A stretch of DNA of 64,000 bases, taken from Balanoglossus misakiensis. Taxonomy: Eukaryota; Animalia; Hemichordata. This document shows, one piece after another, positions 41,009 through 53,400 of the stretch. Where the stretch lies: NCBI GenBank assembly GCA_040954595.2, contig CM082588.2, forward strand, positions 5,778,202-5,842,201, in the 5' to 3' direction. Both the position numbers and the translations under genes were made by a program. The notes below the pieces were generated by a model that was not told the origin of the DNA, did not search any database, and saw only the letters and a program-made list of their open reading frames with translations. Positions within the stretch are counted from its first letter, which is position 1; the number at the start of each line of letters is the position of its first letter.

Positions 41009-42238
41009 TCAGCTGATATTTTGCAATTCAGCAGTCAGTCTTTCGTGTATTTCATAATCTGGTACATACTGAAAAACAAACAAGAAAAGAAAATAGAATT
41101 TCATTGTTGGTGACAACCACCTGTTGTACCTATGGCTGTCTTCTCACTCGCATCACAGATTTTTCATGGAATCTTAAAAACCCATACATTTTTACTTGGG
41201 CACTTCTATAGAAATAAACGGTAGCTCCCCTTTTCAGGAGTATATCCAGCCTAGCGCATGCACTGCAAGATTTCTCACCTGTGAAAACTCTTCCATAGTC
41301 ATGAGTCCCGGAGTCTCCGTGCTATCCAGAATCTGAGTGACTATCTTCAGGATCTGGTCATCCCCCAGCGCCGGGTTGAATATGGTCTTGTACATCCGGA
41401 AGAGTTCGTCATGCTTGATGTTTCCCTCATTGTGCATATCAAACATGACAAAGAGAACTGGGAAGAAAAGATAGACACGAAAAGTGCTGGATCAGTGATA
41501 GAGACATGGTGACCCTTGACCTGTGACCTCTCCTTCTCCTCACAGGAGCCCAGTAGCGTGAGCATCTAAATGTTTTCCACCGATTGCACACTTACTTCGT
41601 CTTTTCTGATCGACAGCTGTCCTCGGACTGACCATGGACAGCAGTTCGACGAATGCATCGGGCGTCAGGACTCCCTCCGGATTCAGGGACATTGAGCCGA
41701 GCCTGGAAATGAGCGGCACACCGAGGAATTCCGGTATCCGGGAAAGAGAGGCGACGGTCATGTAGCTCCCATTGGCCCCATCCTCTGCGTACATGGAATA
41801 CCGCTGAAGGATTTTCTTGATCTCTTTGCTGCCAACTGTAAGAGACATTTTACAGTTTAGAAAATTGCTCATTCATTCCAGTTGTGCTTGGTTGCTAGCA
41901 AATCTTTGTACGCGTGTGGGCAAATATTGAGGTATGGTGTATTACAGTGAACCCTCCCCTATCTTGCACTTGTTTATACCATGATTGGGAGTTTACCAAG
42001 GACTCAGAAGGTATGTTGTCTTATATTCTTCAACTTACACACTGTTTGGTTTTCCAGCTGACGAATTTGTTCATCCGATAGCAATGCCTGAAAAACAGAG
42101 ACAGGGGAATGTTACCCTACGACCATAGCTAGCCAGGCGATCACAGCAAGCAAGCGCACTCAACATTGGCCCCAATGTCTAAAATATATCAGTAGCTTTT
42201 GAAATCACGGTACTACTGACCTTCTTGCGACGAAACAT
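41009..42238 (-). CDS. Calcineurin B / CHP-like EF-hand protein
   Basis: Exons 42238-42221, 42087-42039, 41835-41596, 41457-41279, 41068-41009 with consistent phases. MFRRKKALLSDEQIRQLENQTVFGSKEIKKILQRY...RIPEFLGVPLISRL...LFVMFDMHNEGNIKHDEL resembles recalled CHP1 (LLRDEEL...F....I..L..RF; RIPELAINPL; F..YD....G.I...EL). Confidence 0.82.
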
Positions 42239-43590
42239 ACTGTCGATCAACTGAAGGAAAGATACAATTAAGGCTAAGAAATTTTACATATAAACACCCC
42301 GCTGGCGTCCATAGCAACCAATCTAAACCGAAATCTAAACCTGAATCTAAGCTCAGTGTGTACACCGGAAGTACAATACGTACGTCACATAGCGCCCTCA
42401 CTAAGTTTCAATTGGATTTCTTTTCTTTTCTTTTGGCCCCGTTCGAGCCTGCATACGCAATATCTGGCTGAGAAATAGACAGGGTCTGGGTGTTTCATTG
42501 GAAATCCACACATTTTCCTGCAATTATAAAACTAATAAACTGACAATTACAGAGATGGGATCAAACGAAGCAATGATACAAAAATATCCTGTGCAAAGTA
42601 TAAAATTGCTATGAATGAAAATGCATATCACAACGAAGGAATTTCTGCTAAAAGTGACAGCAATATAATTCACGAGTTTCTGAGTTCTCTTACGAGAATA
42701 CCCTGTTTGTCGTTGCTGAGTATCGGAGATAGGGACCAACAACATTTTCTCATGCACCATTTGCCAAAAGTGAGCAGTCCTTTGATAAGTACTACGTAAA
42801 CCCACCGTTTTGTCGTCAATAATTTGACAAATGGTTGCTCTCTATTGAGTTTTGCGCCTTGTAATTATACATGCTCACTGCGTATACGTTCATATACGTG
42901 TATTTCCGATGAATTCTATAGATTAATTCACATATCGTTTCCATCGAACGCGTCCATGATTGCAACAGGTAGTTGGGAAATCTTTTCATACCATGATCGA
43001 TATCTACGATAGTGTTCATTGTGAAATGAAAGCTTGTAACGATAGCAACGTGGCCCCCAGTTCATTTGGTTGGATTATGGTAATAATATGAAACGAGCCA
43101 CTGTATATATAAATACATTTAATAAGTCGATTAGATTCTACCAATTATATTTAAGCTTTACGCTACCGTACGCATTCAGTCCTTTTAAATAATATACATG
43201 ACGGAACGCGCATAAGCTGAGCTGAATTATTGAAAGTAATACGAGATGTACATGAACATATGCTATAAATTATTTTATGCCGTTGTCTTAATTAATAACA
43301 TACATGCTTATTACGACTATTTACGTCACCTTGGCTAATTCTGCGTCGTGTGATTCCGCTGGTGACCCAGATGGTAGCGTTATTTCTGTGTGACCTCGTT
43401 CAAGGCCAGCGCCGCCTCCGGCCGGAGTATCGTCCGGATCTTGATGTGCCATATCTAGTCAATCGCGACTCGACGTTTCGATGAAATAAATGAACTAAAT
43501 GGGTTGCACCGGCGTTTGGATTTCTCTAGCCGGTTGGGATAGCGATGCACCTGAGCTTCCGATTAATATATTCCCTGTGACGACCCTCGC

Positions 43591-43614
43591 GTGTCCATGG
43601 CAACGGCGTATAAA
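43591..43614 (+). promoter_or_regulatory. RFX X-box-like motif followed by a TATA box; candidate + strand promoter, possibly for the TRPA gene
   Basis: gtgtccatggcaac at 43591-43604 and tataaa at 43609-43614. Confidence 0.35.
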
Positions 43615-44653
43615 TACATGTGTATTGCGTTTATAATAACCTAATGCCGTAAATCTCAATGATGTGTTATAATCACGGTTAAGTCTATAGGAATCTCTCT
43701 CTCCCTCTGTGTGTGCGTGTCTCTCATTTGTTTGTCTGTCTGCCTGTCTGCCTGTCTGTCTGTCTGTCTCTCTCTCTGTCTCTCTCTCTCTCTCTGGCTA
43801 TAACTGTATGTCGTGTCTGTATATCTTTCTATCAGCTGTATTTGTGCATGTGAGTGGCTGCGTTCAATCGATCTTTCAAAGCAGGAATTACTGAAATATA
43901 TATTAAACCGCGTGTCTTCAGCAATAGCTGAGCTATTTTTACTACCCCTGCACGAGGAACTTTGTCATAAAAACGACCGCGCCATATTCATCACTTTCGA
44001 CATGCACGGTCATGCAAAAGTATTTTAATTATCCACAGCACCTCAGTACAGGACTGCAATGGATTGATTGCAAGATCCGAAAATGAGCGCCAGAAGCTTT
44101 AAGTTGCCTTGATAATTGGAAGTCCATTCCCGTGAGTAATTTCAGTAAATTTAGTTGTTGAAACAGTTTTATTGGGTCGGGCATAACTGCGCCGCTGTGC
44201 AAAAAGACATAATCGCCATGATTGTTATTCAAACAATCAACAGGAACTACTGTGTTACGTATCATGGTCGGACTTGGCACTTTCACACAGAGGCAAAGCA
44301 TGGCGGGGCAATGAATGGAACGGTTTAAGATTTCAGCAGCTTGTTACCTAAGCTGGCCACTGTTGTTCAAGATAAAAAGAAAGGGTATAGTTACCATGAT
44401 ACAGTTCCCATGCAACTACTCGTTTTCTGACGCCATAAGTTCCTGTTCGGTCTTTGATCATTTAAGCGTTGTATGTAAGTTTTGAACTTTGGCCCAGGGC
44501 CAGCTCTATAAGCGATTTTCATTCTTTTGTCAGACCCGTTGCTCGGCACACCTTGTCACGTTACCAAACTACGCAGTGTTGTCAACTAGGAAAACTTTAA
44601 AACTGAATTAAGACATTCCCATTTTAATATATCAAATTGGTTCGATTTTTCAG

Positions 44654-45005
44654 CAAAACGGGATGGAAAATTTGAAGTAAAATTTTGCGTTTGCAAGCGA
44701 ACACTTTGCGAAATCACCAGTTGTAGGTGCCATATACGTCTCACCCCCACAATAAAATGGTTTTGTCCTGCTTGCTATGACGACGCGTGTTGTGCCTATG
44801 TTACGGAAGGTGCGGAGATTCAATGATTTCATTTGCATAGGTGACCCTTGACTCAAACAATTATACGTGTGTGTAGTAGGACCTACTTTCATGTCAATGT
44901 GTATATAGTGAACGCCGCAGGCCCACCGCATGAGGCACCCAAACAAATCACAGATGTCCTGCCCGAGATATTTATGGATAAACTCATACCTAATGTGAAA
45001 TTTGG
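44654..45005 (+). pseudogene. Possible decayed PHD-finger coding remnant (transposon-associated or pseudogene)
   Basis: The + frame after acceptor 44653 reads KFCVCKRTLCEITSCRCHIRLTPTIKWFCPAC, with further CSRTYFHV-like fragments broken by stops and frameshifts. Confidence 0.3.
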
Positions 45006-47432
45006 GTAAGTGTTCAAATTCATTGCGCCAGCAGAAGGCCAGATACTTCATCGCGTGCGAAATATTGCCGCAGTGACATTGAACTAGCAAGAAGAGCAAC
45101 GATATACGCACACAGAATTTGACAGACATTGATCACACCTGACAGAAATCTGCGCCCTCACTTTAATTTATTTACGTTGTGATGCGACGAAGCATCAAAA
45201 TTGTCACCTGTAGACCTGGTGTTTTTATGCTTTCGTGGATTAACTGTATTAATATAATTTAACCGTACAATATATCGCCGACCCGAATAACAAAACGGAT
45301 AACAAAGGATTATCTGACAAGTCAAGTGTTACCGACGACAGTGGGTTATCTTATACAGACAACGCAAGTCACCAATGTATGTAATGGGGTCTGTCAGACC
45401 TTATGCAGCCAATCACAGTCAGCTGAGTAATAGTATATGACAGATATGTCAATACACGGTTAAACCTTGGTCAGTAGTATAAAATAAGCAGGTAGATATA
45501 AATACCCGAGATTTAAAAAATCAGTTTACTCATATATAATTTACATCTGAAGTCTTGTCCCCAGTGCCGTTTCAATCGTTTCAAACATTTATGCAAAACC
45601 ACGCTCGATATTGGTCATGATGCATGTGCTTATTGGTTTACTAAAATATGCAAAGGTAATGATGCGTTACAATAATGACGTCAGCGAAGATACAAGCACA
45701 CGGAATATTAACTGTCAGATTTATTAAACCGCGACACACACAAATATCTACCTTAAATATGGGATAAAATTACAAGGCTTTGGAAATATATTGTGATCAC
45801 ATCGATCACGTCGATCGATTGTTCAATAGTCTTTTCTTCAAGTGGTTCGCGTTGTTTTGTTCCCACGAGATCATTACATAATGTTTACCGTGAGAAAACT
45901 GTTTATACCGCAATTTGCCAAGAAATTGGTTCTCCCTGAATGGTGATTATAAGCTCGTCTGAAAGCCGACTGAATCACCTTTAGAAATGCCCGGTCACAG
46001 TTTCACTGTAGGTTTCATCATTTAAACACACTAAGTTATACTTAGAAACTATTAAGTAAAATTTTGCCGATTCCTTTTTTATTTGGGTCACTTGACAGTT
46101 GTCGCGACCGCCGTCAGTCGACTGTAAACATAAATAAAAACACGGACAATGAACTGTGAACGTGCGCTTCAGTGTGTCTTGATGTCGGAAAAGAATGAAT
46201 GGTGTTTATAAAAACAACTACGTTTAAATTTGTTACGGGGTATGACAGTAACTGACACAGGCTAACCTCATCGAGTTTGCTTATGTATGTTACATAAGGG
46301 ACACCTCTCTGGGGGAGGGGGGCACAGGCAACGTCAGTGACGGGGGGGGCACTTAACTTTAAATTTCCTTTATCGTGTGCGGATTCACAGGTAGATTTTA
46401 ACGCTATATGTTATGTTAAAATGTTGGGATTTTTTTGTAAAATAATAAAATAATGAGTTCGATTCAAGTGGCACCAATTTTCAATTTTAGCATCATTACT
46501 TTTTTCACCAGGTAAATTCCATGTTAACGTAAACAACCTTATTTGTCTGCCAAGTTTTCTTTATTAACAAAAACGAATTCAAACAAAGTTTTAAGCTTTA
46601 ATCGGAAAACACCTGTATGAACTGAGGAAATTGTATTTATTTATTTGGTAGTTCGGCTCGGCATAGAAGAGTACAAGATCAAATTGTTCGAAAACAGTTT
46701 TGGCTTCCCTTGAAATAATTGTCTTTTTCCGTTTTTCTCTTGTTTTCTGGACTTTGATATGTACATGTACTTGTCCGAGTCGGCCCATGCATCATAAATT
46801 TGACCCTCACCCTCAACAAGTTGGACAGTTAACGAATTACTTAGAATAAGCCTTTGTTGTCAGTTATACCGAGGTCACTTCAAGGTCAGTTACAATTGTT
46901 GTCGACAATAATAGGAAATGAAAAAGGTTAGGGAACTCAGTGTCAGGTTAATGTTTATATGCCGTGTTTACGCGCTATCTCACCTGAACAACGGCGACTG
47001 TCAGTCCCTCGCTTTTGCTTTGACCCACCTGTCGGTAAAAATGGTTCTTTCCGAATAGGAGTTGCTGAAGTCTATTTGTGTACATTTAGTCCGTGTACTC
47101 GAAATGTTTTTCTAATTAATAAGAGAAAGTAATTACATTTAGATGGATGAATATATAGATAATATAATTTTATGGAAATGGACAACAATAAGAGATTCTG
47201 ACGTCAGTAATACGTGGAAAGCGTTACGATATTTTGACGACTGCGGGACTAGATAAACGGCACTGCATACTAAGAGCCTGGAGTACTCATTTGCATAGTA
47301 AATGTTGTCCCTTTCAAGCGAGTTACACGGCAACGGATCACGCGTAATGTAGCGTATTCTCAAGAAACCAGTCAAATTTTACGAGTTTCAATCGATTTTC
47401 GATTGGTGGAGTCATTAATATTCACTCATCAG

Positions 47433-50400
47433 CGTGGCGTCTAAGAAGGACAGCGGTTGGTACTTGGTTAGGGGCGACACTCAACGCGATTTGAGTGAAA
47501 TTTCACGTCCTCCTGTGGTCTCTATCCCCAGCAAGGTGACGGCCGTAGCCCCCTATCCCGTGGACGTGGACACGCCCGGCTCACCAGGCAGTGTAGCTGG
47601 TAGTCGCGAACAACTAGTATCCAGCAGCCGGGCGAGCAGCGGCCCAACTAGTGTACAACACGTGAAGATGGAAGGCGATTACAGGGACGGGATGGAGCTC
47701 GGAGGAGTGGAAAACGGGAACTATGACGACGGAGATGTGCCCCATCCACAGGCCGGAGATCTGAGGAGATCGGAGAGTGCGGAAATATTGCACGTTTCAC
47801 TTCACCAGGTGAGTGGTTGATGATGATGATGTTTGTATACATGTAACTGAATCATTATCCATGACTTGCTTCAAACCTGTTTGTGATCCCAGCATTTCGT
47901 TAGCCGTGCGTCTGTGGGTACAAACCGACCTTTTTCTACGTCAGTCACTATACCTCTGTTAATATTTCATCAAATGATCATAATAATCGCAAACAGCGGA
48001 GGTATAAGTTGTTGGGCACAGTCGTCGAATCATTTAAAACATGGCCATATAGTTGAGGTCCATGTCAATTGACATCCTCCAGGTCGATTGTTGTGGTATA
48101 GCGTTTAATAGCATTTCCTGCTGTATTGATTTCAACAATATGATATTATATGATTATAGCTGCAATAATTGTCGCTTGGTGGGCTGGGCTTGGGCTTCTG
48201 TCGTGCGGTTTGCGCGATATATGCCCTACCAAGGCTTACAGTTATTGTAGTTCTATGGGTGCTGTGTATATACAACTGTGTGTCCCCATAAGAAGGTACA
48301 TGTATGGTGACACTAGCAGTGGCAGTTGTTGTCGATGTTTATACTCAAACTAGTCTTTACTCATCATACAACTGTAGATGTGTAATGAGTTGTTCAAACG
48401 TGTGAATCGCTTCGTTTTTGTTGTTTTCACATAGTGGTATAAACAAGGTACATATTCCTCGTTCCTGCGTGGGTAGATTCTAGTGGTGATTGCTGGAGTG
48501 CCACACCCCGCCTGACGCACCCCAATGGCAACCTGTTGCGTTGTTTATTCAGACCGTTTACACGACCTGTGAGATTGTACTAGCAGTCAGATTCAGTCAC
48601 CTCAACAAAAAACTGGCGTTAAAACGAGTGAAACAGTTAGTAACCAAAGCCAATCAGCCAAAATTTGTACTAAGGAAAGACTGTCCCTGATCCTGTGACC
48701 TGAAATTAACATAGCACAAAATGCAAACAGGTCGATATTAAAGATTGTTGACAAGAGGTTAGGCCTATAAATTATATAATTTATGGATACCACTCAATAC
48801 ACTGCTGATAACATTTACATAAACTCTGATAATGTGGAGACAACATGACCACACTTCCCCACATGGCAAAAGTGGGGTATAAATTGTGAAAATTGAATTC
48901 CTAATTATGTAATTTTAATTTTATATGTAATAAAGATTAAAAGTGGTTGCCCAAATTATGGAATTCAGCTTTCAAGAGTGGAAATTCAAACCGTTGTATT
49001 TTATGTAAAAATTGGGCACTTCCATATAAAAAATAATAAGAAATGGGTCTCTCTTGAAAATAAAGATTCCAGGAAGTAAAGTATTGGATTATTGCAGTTT
49101 CAGATCCCTAGATAAGAAAGTTTAGAGAGAGAACTCAAAGAAGCTTTGGGCAGATCGTTGAGGTATAATCTAACTCGATCGGCAGATGTAGCTGGGAAAA
49201 TTCCACAGATAATTGCGTTGGTGTCAGTCTTTGTAAGGGCAGCCATGGCAAAGCAAATAAATATTATATAACGGACAGGCTCACCAATAATCGTGGGGTG
49301 AAGGGAACTATTTCCTTTATTCACTTAAAATTCCTTTTGCCGGCACCCCTCCTTTGCGTATAGAAATTGATATTTTTAGAGAAGTCATCCAGGGTGTCTA
49401 TGTTGAATAGTTTTAATTATGTCAGAGCTAATGTAGCAATGAACTGAAACATTTAGGTGAACAAATTCAAAGATTGGTTAATTTGCTTGCTCAGTTATAT
49501 ACATTGTATAAATGTATAAATTTTACGGACAATGTTGCATTAAAGATGGAATGAATAGCCTATTAATAATTTAATTTATAATGAATAGCTTAATCAGTGT
49601 TACATATTATCATCTTCACTGGGTGCCTTATCCATGTTTTCAAATTACTACAAATTAGCACTTTGGCCAGTACGAATGTTTAATAACGTGCCTGCTAATC
49701 TGTAGTTAATGTCTTCACAGTTATTTACCATGCTCCAATGATCTTTCCTACAAGGTATATGTGCAGTCAAATTGACCTGTTTATTGGTATTTTAGAATTC
49801 GGTCATCCAACACACAGTAGTGCTGGGCCTGGGTCTGACCTCAGGCTATCTCAGTACCTGGAAGAATGCCAGTTTGTCCATTGAGAGTGCTACTTCAGCC
49901 AGAAAACATTTCTTCGGTATTGTTCGGCGGTCATCGTAAAACATTAGACAGGTCAAAAGGTCGCAGTTTGCATTACAAGTATTCGTGCATAAAAGGAGAC
50001 GCTACCCCAGGTGTTAGTTACACAGTAGGAAGAAACTAAAGCCAGTAAGATAATCTGAATGTGTACAACAGCTGGAAAATAACCACGTATCTTTTGAATT
50101 ATCAATGTTATTTTCAATCATGTTTGGCCCAATATGTTGTTGTTGTTTGTTTGTTTGTTTCTGCCATTATCCAACTTGGAAATCATACAATGGTTCTCTG
50201 GGTATTGAATTCCATGTTTGGTTCAATCAGGGCGACTGTATTTGCCAAACTCAGAAAAAAGTGATCTGGACTAGACAGTGGTACTAATAATGCATTGATT
50301 AACCTTTCATGACATGACTTCCACAGAGGAGCAGACAAGGACAGACAACTAGGAATCTCTTGGGTCCCTGCTGTGCTTCGAGAGGCCATTCTGAAAGCGT

Positions 50401-53400
50401 ATCGTAATTAAATTTTCCCTCTCCGGATGTGGCACATCACGATATCGAAAATCCAAAATGGCATTCCTTGAAAGCATTTCATTACCTCTAAATGAAATGT
50501 CCAGCTTCTTTCAAGATGGGAAAATCTTCTACCCTAAAGATTATTGTCCCAGGCTGACATCTTTCATCTCATCTTTCCCATTTTTCCATCAATTATTCAC
50601 CTGTTCATTAAACTGGAAGAGCATTCCCAATGCAGTGTACATTTACAGATATAAATTATTCAATTTCAATTAGTTATTTTTGTGATAACATAAAATCAGT
50701 TGCTTGTTTTGGTTCTTTTTGTGCAGTACAGACCGAAAGGGAAACTAATGCGTACAGTCTTTAATGTTTAATTTTGATGGCTGATATTTTAAGTGGGTGT
50801 AACTTAATTAAAATCATTGGTTGCAGTCACTGTAATTTTATCATACAGGATTCATTAGTTTAAATCGATGGCAGGCAGGATCAGTCGTTCTGAATGGTGA
50901 ATCCCCGAGGTTGGGGGCAGGTTGGGGTTTGGTAGTTAGGTACTCCTGGATGTTGTTGGCAAGGAGATGATATTTGAGGCCTGTGTAATAAATATTTTTC
51001 TGTCCTTGTCTGTAAAATTTGAAATTTCACTACGGTTTACGGTCCAATGGTCAACCAGGGCTTACGATTGCATATCAAATCTGATGCCAATGTTTGTATT
51101 TTTCATCAGAACAAGACCCTAGTTGAATGACATCGACACACATAGCCTGGCCAATCAGGAACTGATCAATGAATGCACAAAATTCATTACATAATACATC
51201 TTCTGATAGATTTAATTTGGTGGTTGTATTACACTGGTTATAAAGTGCTGTGTACAACTCACTGAATTATAATGGGCCTATGAGTTTACGTACCTGGAGT
51301 GACCTTAGTGTAGTCAATAGAATTAATGCAGGTTGAATGTGACATGTTGAAAACATGTTAAAAATAGCCATATACATGTATATTGAGTTTATGTGGTCCA
51401 GATGAACTATTGTGACAAAGCCTCATATTTTGATATAATGATAGAATTTTTCATTAAAGATTTTCATGCATTCTTAGAGAGCAGGTTTGTGGACAATTGC
51501 AGTGTGGGTATGCAAATTTCACAAAGGCATATAACAAAGTTTCAGTATCGATCTTTCGATGAATCATGTTTGCTGGAATGGGAAATCATTTGTTGAAGCC
51601 CCAGTTGCACAAAACAAACCTGTCAGAGCAACCGACCCATAAGAAATTAAATATTTATACTAAAATGTACAAATTTTGGCTTATTGGTTTTCATATCTCA
51701 TCATGGCTATGATTTTAGTATGAGATCTAAATCTGAGTAAAGATGTCTGAACCATGAATCTGTCTGTGTTTGCGTTGCCATGTAAACATGGATGTAGGTT
51801 GTCTCATAGCAACCCCACCCAAAACTTGCCTTTAACTATTTAGTTCAGTCAACCTGGATTATAATAATAATACGGTATGAGCATAATCTTTATTTTCAAA
51901 ACATGGTTCAATTGTTTTTCTCATTGAGAAAGAAAGGTCTATACACTTAACAGCCGCTGTAGAAATATTTGCAAACACAGTGCTGATTAGTGCAAAATTG
52001 TTGTAAAATATGTCTGTGGTTGATATAGGTTGCCATTACCCAGTATCAGTGGTGGTTTTCAGCAAGTGTAAATTTTAATGATTTTTTCAGTATTTTGTAT
52101 GTAAATCTGCATATCAAGTAGAGAAGAACAAAATAGTAGGAAATTCTGGGGGAGGGAAAACATTGTCAAACGCCCTGACTTTCGACTTCACGAGGTCATT
52201 TCATCACGTGGGTCATGGTTGCTTGGCGTATAAAGGCTTTTGATCGTCATTCAAAGGTGACAGTCAGGTAGAACCGCCAGTCCAAAGGCTTGTCAAACAA
52301 AGGCTGTACTGAATCACCAACTCGACAATAATGTCTTTTTAAAATGTCAAGTCGACATTCCATTGTGAAGGGGTGGCCTGAATACTTGGTCAGGCTTGAC
52401 TAGCATTGCAGCATGACCATGCCCATGCCAAGTGACTTAACTAGTCTTAACCCTGCCATCCCCAGTTTCCTCTTTAGAGATTCCACTTTTCCATTGGAAA
52501 CGATGGGTAATTGGACCAAACCATAGTCGGAAAAGGGATAAAAGTAGAACCAATTTGCGTTCTGCAAGGTATCAGAATTTTTGAGTGACAGTGTAGATTT
52601 TTCTTATAAACAGAAAAATAAACGTACTTGGTCTGTGTTATGATGATTCATTGAATCATTCTTTCACTGCTTATGAAGGTTCAGTTCAAATTCTTGAAGC
52701 ATCCACACCCTTATTGTTACCATCTTGATTTGCCAAGTTTCTGACCAATTTCATTGTTTCTCCCTGTTGCTAGGCGGCGAGAGATGGCGACGTAGACTTG
52801 ATGAAGAGACTCATCAACTCCTTCACACACAAGAAGAAACGACTGAACGTTCATGATGAAGACCAGATGACTCCACTCCACTATGCATCCAGATACAACC
52901 ACTTTCACATTGTCAAAGTCCTGGTGGAAAATGGAGCAAGTATGTGACTATTTAGCCGTTTATTCCCAATTCTTTATGAGATGTATATAGCTGATGTTGG
53001 GAAACTTCCAATACCAACTTCCTTGATGTTTGTGTTGATCTTTTTGTCATCTAATTTCACATAGTATATGTACCAGTATTTAATTTAATTTGGACAAATT
53101 GGAGAAAAAAATAATTATAAACACTAACAGGCAGTCTGGACATACATATATCAATCTGCATTGTGCATCATACACTGTAAAAGCTTTCAAGACCAGAAAA
53201 AAACCAATAGCTATGTTAAGTATCCTAATTTGGTTTCATCTTTTCAACAGATATCTTTGCAACCGGAGAAGATGAGGCCACAGCTCTCCATCTGTGTGCC
53301 CGCTTCAAAAGAGCCAGGCTCACAGCCGTCAAATCAGAAGTCGAGCTGGCCAAGGTAAGATATCTTAAACCCATCCCCCAAATATTTCAAATGATTTTTT

